DNA from: Octopus vulgaris
Lineage: Eukaryota
Reading direction: 5' to 3'
DNA length: 64,000 bases
NCBI GenBank assembly: GCA_951406725.2
Contig: OX597827.1
Coordinates: 3,720,001-3,784,000, forward strand
The position numbers and the translations under genes are program-made. The notes under the pieces are model-generated. The model was not told the origin of the DNA, did not search any database, and was given only the letters and a program-made list of their open reading frames with translations. Shown piece by piece: positions 28,586 to 41,424 of this stretch; positions within the stretch are counted from its first letter, which is position 1; the number at the start of each line of letters is the position of its first letter.

Positions 28586-29224
28586 GTTTTTTTTTTGTTT
28601 TATTTTTTTTTAACGACATACATAATTAATTTTCAAAAATCTTAGCAGTCATGTTTTAAAATAGCGTGCAGTTTATCTGCATGAGAATCATTAATTAATA
28701 ATTATGTTGTTTATGTTATTAATTATATTGAATATTGTGGACTTAAGAAATAATTTCAGATATGAAAATTATTGTAAATGATTTAATTAAATGGTAAAAA
28801 TTATAAACTGCAGTAGACTTTAAAGAGTTTGGATTTAAATTTCAGAACATCTTAAAATTCACAGACCAGCGTTTAGAAGTAATTATGGTATAAAATCTCT
28901 ACATGTACGTTCATCTACTTTTATGTACACACATGTAATATATGCATATATATTTTTACGCACGCACACCTGGATACATGACTACATATATCTATATATA
29001 TATGTATGCATGTGTTTGTGATTGTGTGTGTGTGTGTATATATATATACATACACACACATACTCACACACATGTAATTTGACATTCATACACACACTTT
29101 AAGTCTTTATTTTTGCTTTCCTTATACTGTATTATATTGACGTTCTCTTGATCTTTCTTTCTCTTTTCCTTTGCCTTTCTCTCTCTTTCTTTATATCTGT
29201 CTAACTATCTATCAGTCTCTCCCT

Positions 29225-29273
<49 letters not shown>

Positions 29274-29353
29274 CTATCTATATATATATATATATAATCT
29301 TTCTTAGGTTTACTCATATAACTATTTATCTCTTCTTATCTTTCACTCACCAT

Positions 29354-29396
<43 letters not shown>

Positions 29397-30148
29397 ATTT
29401 ATTTCTTCCCCTCTTCCTCTTTTATTCCCTTTCATTCCGTTCCAAGGAGTTGCCATCCCTTTCTCAGCCCCCTTCTCTCAAGATGCCTATACCTCTCTAA
29501 TCTCCACCTAACCATCACGGTCTACATTTCTCAATATGAAAGTGCTAATAAGTTCAGAGCCAGTGTTGTGTATCTATAGAATGAATGCAGGCATAGTTGG
29601 TTGGTTAAGAAGTGTACTTTGCAGCCATGTGGTCCCTAGCTCAATCCCACTATGTGGCATCTTGAGTATCTTTTACTACAGCCTTGGACTGACCAAAGCA
29701 AAGGACTGTTAAGTCCAAAAATTGAAAAGTTGTAAGAGGTTTAATACCTCGTTTTGTATTTGGTTTTAAAGGACAATGTTTTAGAGAAGCAAAAGTCGGG
29801 GGGCACTTTTTGTCTTCTCCCATCCTTATCATCTTTGTTTCATTATCATTCATTTCATTAATATCCTTGTCCATCCTGCAAAGCTACTTTACTCTATATA
29901 CTGCCTTTGTGGCAAATATAATGAAATAAAGAAGGTGATGAGCTGGCAGAGTCACTAGCTCATTAGAAACAATGCTTAGGTCAACTTTACCTTTCATTCC
30001 TCTGTGATCCATAAAATAAAAGTACCACCAAGTACTGAGGCTGATGTAATCAACTTGCCCTCTCCCTAAAAATTGCTGACTGTGAACCCTGCAATGGATT
30101 GGCATCATGTCCTGGGGGAATGTTGTGATTGGTCTCAGTTGCTTACAA

Positions 30149-30547
30149 GGTGCAGGAGTGGCTGTGTGGTAAGTAGCTTGTTTACCAACCACATGGTTCC
30201 GGGTTCAGTCCCACAGCGTGGCACCTTGGGCAAGTGTCTTCTACTATAGCCTCGGGCCGACCAAAGCCTTGTGAGTGGATTTGGTAGATGGAAACTGAAA
30301 GAAGCCTGTCGTATATATGTATATATATGTATGTGTGTGTATGTTTGCGTGTCTGTGTTTGTCCCCCTAGCATTGCTTGACAACCGATGCTGGTGTGTTT
30401 ATGTCCCCGTCACTTAGCGGTTCAGCAAAAGAGACCAATAGAGTAAGTACTGGGCTTACAAAGAATAAGTCCCGGGGTCAAGTTGCTTGATTAAAGGTGG
30501 TGCTCCAGCATGGCCATAGTCAAAATGACTGAAACAGGTAAAAAGAG
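30149..30547 (+). mobile_element. SINE family A, full length, young
   Basis: Intact A/B boxes and tail. Confidence 0.92.
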
Positions 30548-30821
30548 AGAAAAAAAGAGAAGTCATGGAAACCCAAAAGCCATCCTTATGAAAGGATTAA
30601 CAATAAAACAAGTATGTGTGTGATATGAGTATTGTGTATTTATAAATACAGTGTGCATCCCATACACTGTATAAGCTATACATCTCTCTCCCTCTCTCTC
30701 ATATATGTATTCAGTCAGGGGAATGGTGATAATTAGCAATTAGAATATGTATATGCACTACATGCAGGGTACATATTCAGTGTGTTGGTCATACAGTGAA
30801 AATATATGTAACCACATATGC

Positions 30822-30863
<42 letters not shown>

Positions 30864-30865
<2 letters not shown>

Positions 30866-31255
30866 TCTTTTACATGTTTCAGTCATTTGACTGTGGCCAT
30901 GCTGGAGCACCGCCTTTAGTCGAGCAAATCGACCCCAGGACTTATTCTTTGTAAGCCCAGTACTTATTCTATCGGTCTCTTTTGCCGAACCGCTAAGTGA
31001 CGGGGACATAAACACACCAGCACCGGTTGTCAAGCAATGCTAGGCGTACAAACACAGACACACAAACACATATACATATATATACATATATACGACAGGC
31101 TTCTTTCAGTTTCTGTCTACCAAATCCACTCACTAGGCATTGGTCGGCCCGGGGCTATAGCAGAAGACACTTGCCCAAGATGCCCCGCAGTGGGACTGAA
31201 CCTGGAACCATGTGGTTGGTTAGCAAGCTACTTACCACACAGCCACTCCTGCGCC
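30864..31255 (-). mobile_element. SINE family A, full length, young
   Basis: Reverse complement colinear with 30149-30547. Confidence 0.92.
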
Positions 31256-31383
31256 TATATATATATATATACATATATATGAGAGAAGAAAATGGATACA
31301 ATAAGAATGGGAAACTCGTGGTTTACATTGATATGTCTTTAATTAGATAGGTAACAAAGAAGGAAGAAGCAGATATGAGGATA

Positions 31384-31434
31384 GCATTTACAATCGTTTT
31401 GATTTACTGGTTGAAGTAAATCTCTTCAGACTGT
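31384..31434 (-). ncRNA. Type I hammerhead motif, decayed by CpG-type changes
   Basis: Minus strand: cagt CTGAAGA GATTTAC-TTCAACCA-GTAAATC AAAAC GATT GTA aatg. Perfect 7-bp stem II; G12 reads A; stem III is close to the palindrome ACGATCGT; GUA triplet. Confidence 0.65.
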
Positions 31435-33042
31435 GAATATAGATAGACGTATCGGTTAGGATGCGAAAATAACTGATACCTATGTGATGGTAATGTAAAC
31501 AAAGTGGTAATTCTTACATTAAATTTTTGTTCTTGCACTGATAAATTTATTGGGTATAGGTTTGCCTGTGGTAGATTGGTTGGTTTCGTTGGGTAATTAG
31601 TGCACATACAAATGCACACATGTATATGTTCATAAAATAAGTACCAGTTAAGTACTAGTGTCAATGTACTCAATTAGTACCCCTCCCAAAATTTCAGGCA
31701 GTGTACATAGAGTAGAAAGAATATTTGTATATGGTGTGTATATGTGTGTGTGTGTGTATGTGTGGGCATGAATGATCATATCCGTAGTGTTTGCAGTATT
31801 TATTAGGCAATATATATTCTATATGAACTTAATATGCATATCTTTGCAAAGAATGTCTGTGTGTTTGTGAGTGTGTGCCTTAGTGTGCGATTTCATATCT
31901 GTGTATATATTTCAATGATGTTGAAATTGAGTGTGTGTGTGTGTGTGTTTGTGCATGTATGTATATGTGTATGTATTTCTTTGTTAATGTTAAGGTTGTG
32001 TCTGTATGTGTGTATGTGTGCATGCATGTATGTGCGTGTGCCTGTGTGCATGTGTATGCATGTGAATGTGTGTGAGTGGGCATGCGTGTATATATGAGCA
32101 TGCATATGTGTATGTATATGAGTGTTTGTGCATGTATATGTGTTCGTGTATGTGTGAGTGTTTGCTTAAATCTGATTGCATAATCTGTACATCTGTTTCC
32201 TTGTTGATGTTTATTGTTGTGTGCGTATGTATGCATGCATGATGTGTGTATGTGTGTTCGTTTATATGCGTGCATGTGTTTATGTGTATGGGAATGCATG
32301 TGTATGTTGGACAGTCCAATGTGTGTGTGTGTGTGCATATATTGCATGTATATGTATATGTGTGTTTATGAGTGTGTGCCTAAGTGTGATTGCATATCTG
32401 TGTATGTATTTCTTTATTGATACTAGGATCAGGTGAATGTGTGCGTGTGCATATATATGCATGCATGATTGTCAGTGCATGTGTGTGTGTGTGTGTGTGT
32501 GAATGTGTGTGTGAATGTGTTTGCATGTATATGTGTTTGCATGTATATGTGTTCATGCATGCATGTGTAAGTGTGTGTGCTTGTGAATGTGAACGTTAGC
32601 ATGTATATGTGTGCATGCATATGAGTATATGTGTGAGTGTATTTGTGTGTATGCACATGTAGGATGAGTGCAAAGGTGAATGTGAATGTGTGTGCATGCA
32701 TTTATGTACATGTGTAAGTGTGTGTGTGTGTGTGAGTGCATGCATGTGTATGTGAGTATGTGTGTATGTGTGTATGCATATATATATGAGTATGTGTATG
32801 TATGTGTGTGTGTATGTTTGTAAATGTGATTGCATATTTGTCGATATAATTTTCCTTATTGATGTTAGTATTCGTTAGATGTGTATGTATGAGTGAGTGT
32901 GTATGTGTGCATGTGTTGTATCTGTGTGTGTGTGTGTGTGTGTGTATCTAGAGGAATATTGGAAGAAATAACACCTCACTAATTCCCAGTATCACCGTGA
33001 ACATGATATGACACTTCTGTCTGCCTTTCTTGCACCTAGCAG

Positions 33043-33078
33043 ATGTGCCAGAAACTATTGGTTATGACACCTCCAGAG
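33043..33078 (+). CDS. Candidate 36-nt microexon (phase 1: DVPETIGYDTSR; phase 0: MCQKLLVMTPPE)
   Basis: Polypyrimidine tract with a TAGCAG (NAGNAG) acceptor, donor AG|GTGAGG, length a multiple of 3, unique sequence among (TG)n. Confidence 0.4.
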
Positions 33079-33210
33079 GTGAGGCTGTTAGTGACTGTGA
33101 CGGTGGTGTTGCTGTTGTTGTTGCTGTTGTTGTTGTTTGCATTTGAGCTTGTGGTTGTGGTGATGGAAGAGAAAGTGGTGATGGCAAGGGTGAAGCGGAG
33201 AGAGAGAGCA

Positions 33211-33241
<31 letters not shown>

Positions 33242-33537
33242 ATGAAAGAGAATAATGTGTGATTGTGCTTGTGTGTGTGTATGTGTATGTGAGTCTATGT
33301 TTTTGTGTGTCTGATTGTGTGTATGTGAATGTGTATGTTCTTGTGTGTGCACGTGAATGTATGTATAATTTGTGCGTAGGATTTGAGTGTTAGTGAATGC
33401 ATTTGTGTGGGTGCATGTATTTCTAAGTACATTTGTAAGTACATGTTTGTGAATGTGTGTTTGTGAGTTTTTTTATGTGTGTGTGCTTGTATGTGTGAGT
33501 AAATGACAGAGGAAGAGAAAGAGAAAGAGAGAGCGAA

Positions 33538-33569
<32 letters not shown>

Positions 33570-34136
33570 GGGTCAAATGTGAGTTGTTAGAGAGAAATGA
33601 GCAAAAGAATGTGCAAAGGAGAATATATTTGTATGTGTGTGTGTATGTATATGTGAGTATGTGTATGTGTGAGTGAGAGAGACAGAAAAAGTGCCCGAGA
33701 GAAAAAGTGAAGGGAGAATGGTAGTAAAAGGGGTCGGTAGATGGTATATGTTCCTGTGTGAGGGAGAGTGAGAGAGATAAGAAGTGAGAGAAAGAAAGAA
33801 AGTAATGAAGTGTGTGTGTTTGTGTGTGTGTATGTATGAGGTCAAATGTTGTTCAAATCCTTTTGAGATCGACACTGCATTCCATCATTCTGGGGGTCAA
33901 TAAAATAAAACACCTATCAAATCCTGGGGTCGATTTAATCTTCCTATAAACCATCCTAGATGTGAATTGAATTTAAAAAAAGGAGGCTAAGGCTAAGACA
34001 TCACTTTTACTCTCTTAACACCCTAACCCCTACTCTCTCTCTTTCTCTCCTTGACTCATGCAGATGCACTTTCAATCTCTACCCTCTCCACGTCCACTTC
34101 TCTTTTCAAACGCACACACATATGTTGCATATATAC

Positions 34137-34171
<35 letters not shown>

Positions 34172-34176
<5 letters not shown>

Positions 34177-34501
34177 TGTGATCACTGTGATCACTGTGAT
34201 CACCGTGACTGACCAGGCTATCAGATGTTGCTACACATCACTGGTCACAATGCACTTTGCATTGTTTTAGCCTTCAAATGATGCCACTCCGCTGGCTAAG
34301 TGAACAGGCCAACAGAAGAAAGAGTGAGAGAAAGGTGTGGTGAAAGAGTACAGCAGGGATCGCCCCCTCACCCGCCAGAACATCGTGGAGTTTTAGGTGT
34401 TTTTGCTCAATAAACACTCACAACGCCTGTTCTGGGAATCGAAACTGTGATCCTACGACCACGAGTCCACTGCCCTAACCACTGGGCCATTGAATCTCCA
34501 C
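34172..34501 (-). mobile_element. tRNA(Arg)-like SINE family D (octopus OR-type), full length
   Basis: Minus-strand head GTGGAGATTCAATGGCCCAGTGGTTAGGGCAGTGGACTCGTGGTC...GTTTCGATTCCC (A and B boxes); tail of 9-bp repeats (ATCACTGTG)n inserted at (TA)n. Confidence 0.85.
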
Positions 34502-34899
34502 ACACACACAGACACACACACACACACACACATATATATAAAAATAAGGAATAAGGGGAAATTTTACCAGTGTGTGTGTTAAATTATAAGGCATAAAAAG
34601 AAAATGACTCTCCCCAGACACAACAGAATATGCTTCAACACACGAACTCACATAAAGAATCTTGCAAAACCAAATCCAAAAACGAAATATATATATATAT
34701 ATATAAATATATATATATTTAGGTGCAAGCTTAGTTAGGTGATTCAGAAGCCCACTTTGTGATTTTAGGTTCAGTTCCACTGCACAGTACCTTGGGCAAG
34801 TATCTTCTAGTATATCACCAGGCCAACCAATGCCTTGTGAGTAAATTTTATGGATGGAAATTATGTAGAAGACCATTGTGTATATTATATGTATATATA

Positions 34900-34942
<43 letters not shown>

Positions 34943-35134
34943 ATAATGATATTCTCTGATTTTGAAGCAACAATTTATAAATATAAACAACTGACCGAAA
35001 AATGATGAGCTAATCTCAGGCTGAATCAAACCCACAAATTGATGCTTTCATGACTCCTTGTGAATCTGATTTGCCAAAAGCTCACCCATCAATTTCAGTC
35101 AAATTTAGTTAATATATACTTAGATTGTCTTAAT

Positions 35135-35458
35135 ACTACATAAATAATATTTTTATAAACAAACCCGAAAGGCTTTGTGAGTTACAGAGAGAAAGCTACT
35201 ATGGAAGGCTCATAGTATAATAACTGTATAATACATATATTATGAGCCTTCCATAGTAAATTTCTCTCATTTTCATTTTCCAGTCATTTGTTTATATTTA
35301 AAAATTGTCGCTTCAAAATCGGAGAGTAAATATCATTATGATATATATTAGATACAGTTATTATTCAGTTATTATACTATGTACCTTCCATAGTAGCTTT
35401 CTCTCCATAACTTGCAAATATTTTCAGGTTTGTTTATAAAAATATTGTTTATATGGTA
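35135..35458. mobile_element. Foldback/MITE-like element with about 90-bp inverted arms and a third internal partial arm
   Basis: gagagaaagctactatggaaggctcatagtataataactg (35187-35226) is inverted at 35366-35405 and partly again at 35239-35268; outer ataaataatatttttataaacaaacc also inverted. Confidence 0.75.
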
Positions 35459-35680
35459 TATATATATATATACATTATAATATATCTATTTGAAAGCGTT
35501 CTTTTGATAACCAATGTTGCTCCTGTAAAAGAGACTGATAGAATATGTACCAAACTTGAAACATAAGTACTGAGGCTGATCTGTTTGAATAAAACCCTTC
35601 AAGACAGTGCTCCAGCATTGCCACGGTCCAGTGACTAAAACTAGTAAAAGATAACTGATGTATATATATATATATATATC

Positions 35681-35963
35681 GATTGATGCCAGGTTAGCCA
35701 GACTGGCTCCCATGCTGGTGGCATGTAAAAAGCACCATCTGAACATGGTCGATGCCAGTGCCCCCTGACTGGCTCCTGTGCCAGTGGTACATAAAAAGCA
35801 CCCACTACACTCTCAGAATGGTTGGTGTTAGGAAGGGCATCCAGTTGTAGAAACATTGTCAGATCAGGTTGGAGCCTTGTGCAAAAGCTGGCTTTTCAGA
35901 CCTCACTCAAACCGTCCAACCCATGCTAGCATGGAATACAGACGTTAAACGATGATTATGATG
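35681..35963 (+). mobile_element. SINE/LINE family C 3' part with internal about 36-bp direct repeat
   Basis: gactggctcc..tg..gtgg.ac.taaaaagcacc twice; tail ccatgctagcatgg...gacgttaaacgatgat. Confidence 0.8.
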
Positions 35964-36603
35964 ACACATAAGGAAGCTCAAAATACATTCACTACTTGAC
36001 CAGAGAGTACCCTGAGATGACAGTTGGTGTTTTTACAATGCTTAATGTGAGAATTCTCTGCAATGGCAAACAACAGGGACACTAGCCTTCATAGGGGTCA
36101 AATATGTCCCACACACATATAAACTGTTCTAAATGTCTGTGTGTGTGTGTGTGTACATATACAACCAAAAGGGGAGATGGAAGAGAGACAAAGAGAGAAA
36201 AAGGTGACCACTCTGACAGTCTGAATGGCTGGCTGCTTAGATGGTTGAGTATGTATGTATGTTCATATGTGCACACATACACACACACACACACATATAT
36301 ATATATATGTGAGTATTTAGTAAATTTGATTTGGTGAATGTATATATATGTATATATATATATGTACATATATATATATACATGTATGTATATGTAAATA
36401 TATATATTCTTTTATTCTTTTACTTGTTTCAGTCATTCTAACTGTGGCCATGCTGGAGCACTAACTTCAGTCGAACAAATTGACCCAGATTTTATAATAA
36501 ATATTCCTTTACTTTTATTATGGTATTCCCCGTTAGTAAATGTTACTTTTGATATCCTTAAAATTCCTTTAAAATAATGAGACAAAATTCACATCACACA
36601 TGC

Positions 36604-36650
<47 letters not shown>

Positions 36651-36884
36651 AACTTAGATGCGCACACACACACATATATACACACATAAGGCATCCATGC
36701 ACCCCACATTCCAGTGACATAAAATATGGTAGGTACCGAAATAATGGTATTCACTGGATATCTTAGCAATTTAAAGCTGAATATCAGTTTTAACTAAAAC
36801 AATGTGTCATATGACATGACTCTATATTGGTAATTAGAGAATGCAAAGTGGGGAGAACTCATGTAGAAGTATGTGCTAGTATAG

Positions 36885-36919
<35 letters not shown>

Positions 36920-36994
36920 TCACATACACACTCACTCACTCACTCACTCACTCACTCACTCACATACACACACACATTCACTCACTCACTCACT

Positions 36995-37065
<71 letters not shown>

Positions 37066-37659
37066 GTGCAGAGATGAGCATTTATATAAATATACACATA
37101 AACAAACACACTCACACATATACACTGAGCCATGCATTCATATAAGCTCATGCATAAAACACACACACACACACACACACACTCACATACACATACATAG
37201 ATACAGATACATGCATTCATATAACACACACATAAACAAACATGCACAAGTGCACATATATACATACGCACACATTGTAATACACAGAAGTGAGTTGCAT
37301 GTGTATTCAAAACACACACATGCACACATGTTACACACACACAGTGTACAAAAGACAAGTGAAGGAGCCTGTCTTAAACACTCCACTCTAACACATAGAA
37401 TATAGTAAAATGAGGAAGTCATGCATACAAACATGCAGACACATACACAGAAGGTATAGATAAAGGGAAGGGTTAAGGGGTAGTAGAGGATGGGTAAGAG
37501 GCTGTGTCTTCAACACACACTTCAAAGCACAATGGTTTTGGCAGGTAAGCCAAGTGAACATTTGTAACCTCTGATTCAATGGATTGCTTATAAAGTGAGC
37601 TAAAATGATCAAATAATCAAGTGGTTCAATAAACCAGCATTCAGTTAGTTTCACTGCTC

Positions 37660-37925
37660 AGCCAGCCAACCAGCCAGGCAGCCAGCCAGCCAACCAGGAA
37701 ACCAGCCAGCAAACCAGCAGGCCAGCAAGCCAGCCAGCTAACCAGCCAGTCAGCAAACCAGCAGGCCAGCAAGCCAGCCAGCAAGCCAGTCAGCAAACCA
37801 GGCAACCAGTCTGTAAACCTTCAAACAAACCAGCCAATCAGTCAGCTAACCAACTAACCAACCAACCATCCAATGAACCAACATACCAACCAACCAGCCA
37901 ACTGGCCAGCCGGCCAACCAGCCAG
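37660..37925. repeat. Degenerate (CCAG)/(CCAA)n tetranucleotide array
   Basis: Direct reading. Confidence 0.85.
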
Positions 37926-38085
37926 TCTGATAGTCTGCTGGCAGATTTGTTAGCATCGGAAAAATTCTTTGCAGCATTGCTCCTGTCCTTTATGCTGAGT
38001 TCAATTCCTTCTGAGGTCAACATTGTCTTTTATACCTCCAAAATTGATAAAGATAAACAACCAGGCAAGTTCTAGAGTTGATGTA

Positions 38086-38586
38086 TTAGGTCGTCAAGTA
38101 TGAAATTTGTAGAAAATAAAAAAGCTTTCAAGTATTTTATAAATACAAGGAATAGTTTTATTCCTCAAAGTATGGCAGTACACTTTTGCCAGTACTCTGT
38201 AAAAGCCTGGCAATCTAGAGTCAATAAAATCTTGGAAGGCTTGTTTTACAGCATCGTCGTAATTAAATTTTTTTCCTATAAAAAAATTATCCAAATTCTG
38301 GAAGAAGTGGTAGTCAGTGGAGGCAAAATCAGGTGAGTATGGTGGATGATGGAGAACTTCCAACTTCATCTTCTCTAGTTTTGCCAGTGTCACTTTTGTG
38401 ATGTGTGGTCTGGCATTGTCTTGCAATAAAAATAGGAGTGGCTCTGTTGACTAGTCTAGGCTGTTTTTGTTTTGTAAGTTTCTGCATCATTTGGTCCAGT
38501 TGTCTGCAGTATACTTCAGATGTTATTGATGAGCTAGGTTTAATGAAATCATAATGAATAACACCTGTGCCAGACCACCAAACACC
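38086..38586 (-). mobile_element. Mariner 3' fragment (second family), transposase pseudogene
   Basis: VWWSGTGVIHYDF...QDNARPH...HPPYSPDFASTD (D34D spacing). Deletion before WQKC; TIR-like TA|TTAGGTCGTCAAGTATGAAATT at 38084. Confidence 0.88.
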
Positions 38587-38588
38587 TG

Positions 38589-39060
38589 TAAGGTGGGCTG
38601 CGATTGGTCGAAGAAGGTTACATGGTGTTGTGGTTCAATATTGGTATATGGTAACAGTTAGTTGGAAAATACCACATGGCAAACAGGAAATTGACCACAT
38701 GGAGGACAGGAAATAGAACATGTAGCAATTAGAAATCGGTCATGTTGTGGGTGGGTGGGGGCAGGAAGTAGGAAGGGGTGACATGTGCAAGCATATAGTT
38801 CCATATTTGGGTGTGAAAACATGCTCATATAATTTTGTGTGCTTGTGTATATTGATGTGAGTGTACACATATGTACATGAGCATGATTGTGTACATCTGC
38901 ACACACACACATGCTTAGATGAAAATGTGTGCATACATGCACACACATATGCACATACACACATGCATATTCATTCATATGTACATATGTATATTTGCAG
39001 GCATGTATGCATGCATACCAGTGTGCATGCACCTTACTCGACCACTTGCAGCCCACCTTA
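38589..39060. mobile_element. TA-flanked MITE with about 35-bp imperfect TIRs
   Basis: TA|AGGTGGGCTGCGATTGGTCGAAGAAGGT ... ACCTTACTCGACCACTTGCAGCCCACCT|TA. Confidence 0.75.
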
Positions 39061-39374
39061 TGATAATAGCAATCAACTGTCATTCAAATTCAAAATTGCT
39101 GACGACTATCATCACACTTGAAACTTAAGAGTATCAACGAATTTGATTCAAATTGTTTTGATCCATACATGTAACTCACATTAAATTGGCTGAGTGCTCT
39201 TCTTTTGTTTGTCCACTCACTTATATAAATATAAAAGACTTGAAGTGGTGGACACCTCTGTGTAAGTTGGAAGTACACTTAGTAGAGATGGTACACTTGA
39301 TGCTGAAATAAGTCATTGAATTGAGAAGTGAGTGTGGTCAGATCAAAATATCGTGAGAGACATGAAGTTCACTA

Positions 39375-39583
39375 TGTTTGTGTGTGTCCCCCCAACATCG
39401 CTTGACAACCGATGCTGGTGTGTTTACGTGCCCGTAACTTAGCAGTTCGGCAAAAGAGACCAATAGAATAAGTACTAGGCTTTCAAAGAATAAGTCCCGG
39501 GGTCGATTTGCTCAACTAAAGGCAGTGCTCCAACATGGTTACAGTCAAGTGACTGAAACAAGTAAAAGAGTAAAGAGTAAGAG
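39375..39583 (+). mobile_element. SINE family A 3' half
   Basis: Colinear with the tail half of 30149-30547. Confidence 0.88.
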
Positions 39584-39642
<59 letters not shown>

Positions 39643-39813
39643 CCTTCTTCTTCTTCTTCTACCCTACCAAGAACTCACAACGACTTCGAACACACAAGTG
39701 CAAACAAGGGAGTCAGAGAAAGGCAGAATGCCACTTATATCTGAACACTACTATAGAAATATTCCTTTAAAAAAACTTTTCTTCTAATTTTTCTAAATTT
39801 AATTATTTAATCG

Positions 39814-39857
39814 TTACAGTTGAAAAGGTCTCAAAATGACCGAAACCGGTACTGAAA
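39814..39857 (+). ncRNA. Minimal type I hammerhead ribozyme motif, U3-A8 core variant
   Basis: ttacag TTGAAAA GGTC-TCAAAAT-GACC GAAAC CG GTA ctgaaa: perfect 4-bp stem II with G10.1-C11.1, palindromic stem III ACCGGT, GUA triplet, stem I cag/ctg. Confidence 0.7.
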
Positions 39858-39903
39858 TGTTCACTATAAAATTATTTTATAATTTTCTATTTTTTACTTT
39901 TTT

Positions 39904-39947
<44 letters not shown>

Positions 39948-40836
39948 TTACAGATAAACAGATATATATATATATATATATACATTTATTCAATGTATAT
40001 ACCCAATATACATTCTGTGGGGCAATGATATATATATATTACACACACACACACAACGTGTACACTTACATACATGCACATGCACACACACACAATGTGC
40101 ACATTTACATACATGCACACACACACACATGCACAAACACATGCATGCACACACACACACACACACTAACCAGCCAAATTTAACCCTGTGTTGGTTTTCA
40201 ACCAACAGGGGTTTTTGGTCAGTGTATTTTGCTGAGTAATTGCTTTCTCAGCAGCCGCAAAGATATTGTCATATAACAGAAGCTGTCTTTAGAAATGTAA
40301 AGATCTGAGAAGAAATAGATTTGTATGAATTGTAAAAAAGATTCATTATGTTTCGTTCAGCTTTGAATCATATTCAAAATCAGATTTCTAATTCCAGCTC
40401 ACAAGAATTCTGGCTTTCACAAATCTTAAAAATCGGACAAAGATGAAAGACATAAGATTTGCTTGTACTGTTGTTGTTGTTATTGTTGTTGTTGTTATTG
40501 TTTTTCTTTGCTTTTTATGTTCTTTGCTTTTTATTTTATTTTTTTGAAATATTTCGTTTTTTCTTTCTTATTTCTTATTTTTAAAGTTGTGATGAAATAT
40601 CTGTGACTTTCTCTCTTTCAATGACACACATGTATAATCACTCCAATGCACATACACATATAGACATACATACGCCAAAACATACACACATTTACACACA
40701 CATGCTCACAGCCACACACACACACACACAAATTCCTTATTTGTCCCTTTTCTTTTACATACTTCAATTTCTTACATTTTGTGTGTGTGTGTCTATATAT
40801 ATATATTTATATAATTTAAATAATATATATATAAAT

Positions 40837-40867
<31 letters not shown>

Positions 40868-40981
40868 AATGTATGTATATATAAATTCATAGATATAGAT
40901 ATATACCTACATACACATGCATATATTTATCAGTCCTTATTTACTTCTCATTCACTCTCTCTTTCTCTCTCAAAATAATTA

Positions 40982-41017
<36 letters not shown>

Positions 41018-41127
41018 TGTATGTATGTGTGTATGTGTGTGTGTATGTATGTATATATATATGTGTGTGTATGTATGTATGTATGTATGTGTGTGTATGT
41101 GTGTGTGTGTGTATGTATACATGTATA

Positions 41128-41163
<36 letters not shown>

Positions 41164-41180
41164 GATAGATAGATAGATAG

Positions 41181-41213
<33 letters not shown>

Positions 41214-41263
41214 TGTATGTATGTATGTATGTATGTATGTATGTGTGTGTGTGTGTGTGTATG

Positions 41264-41424
<161 letters not shown>

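Noticed and set aside
34172-34208. 9-bp tandem repeat as a possible CRISPR or minisatellite locus
   Set aside because: No spacers; it is the 3' tail of the adjacent SINE
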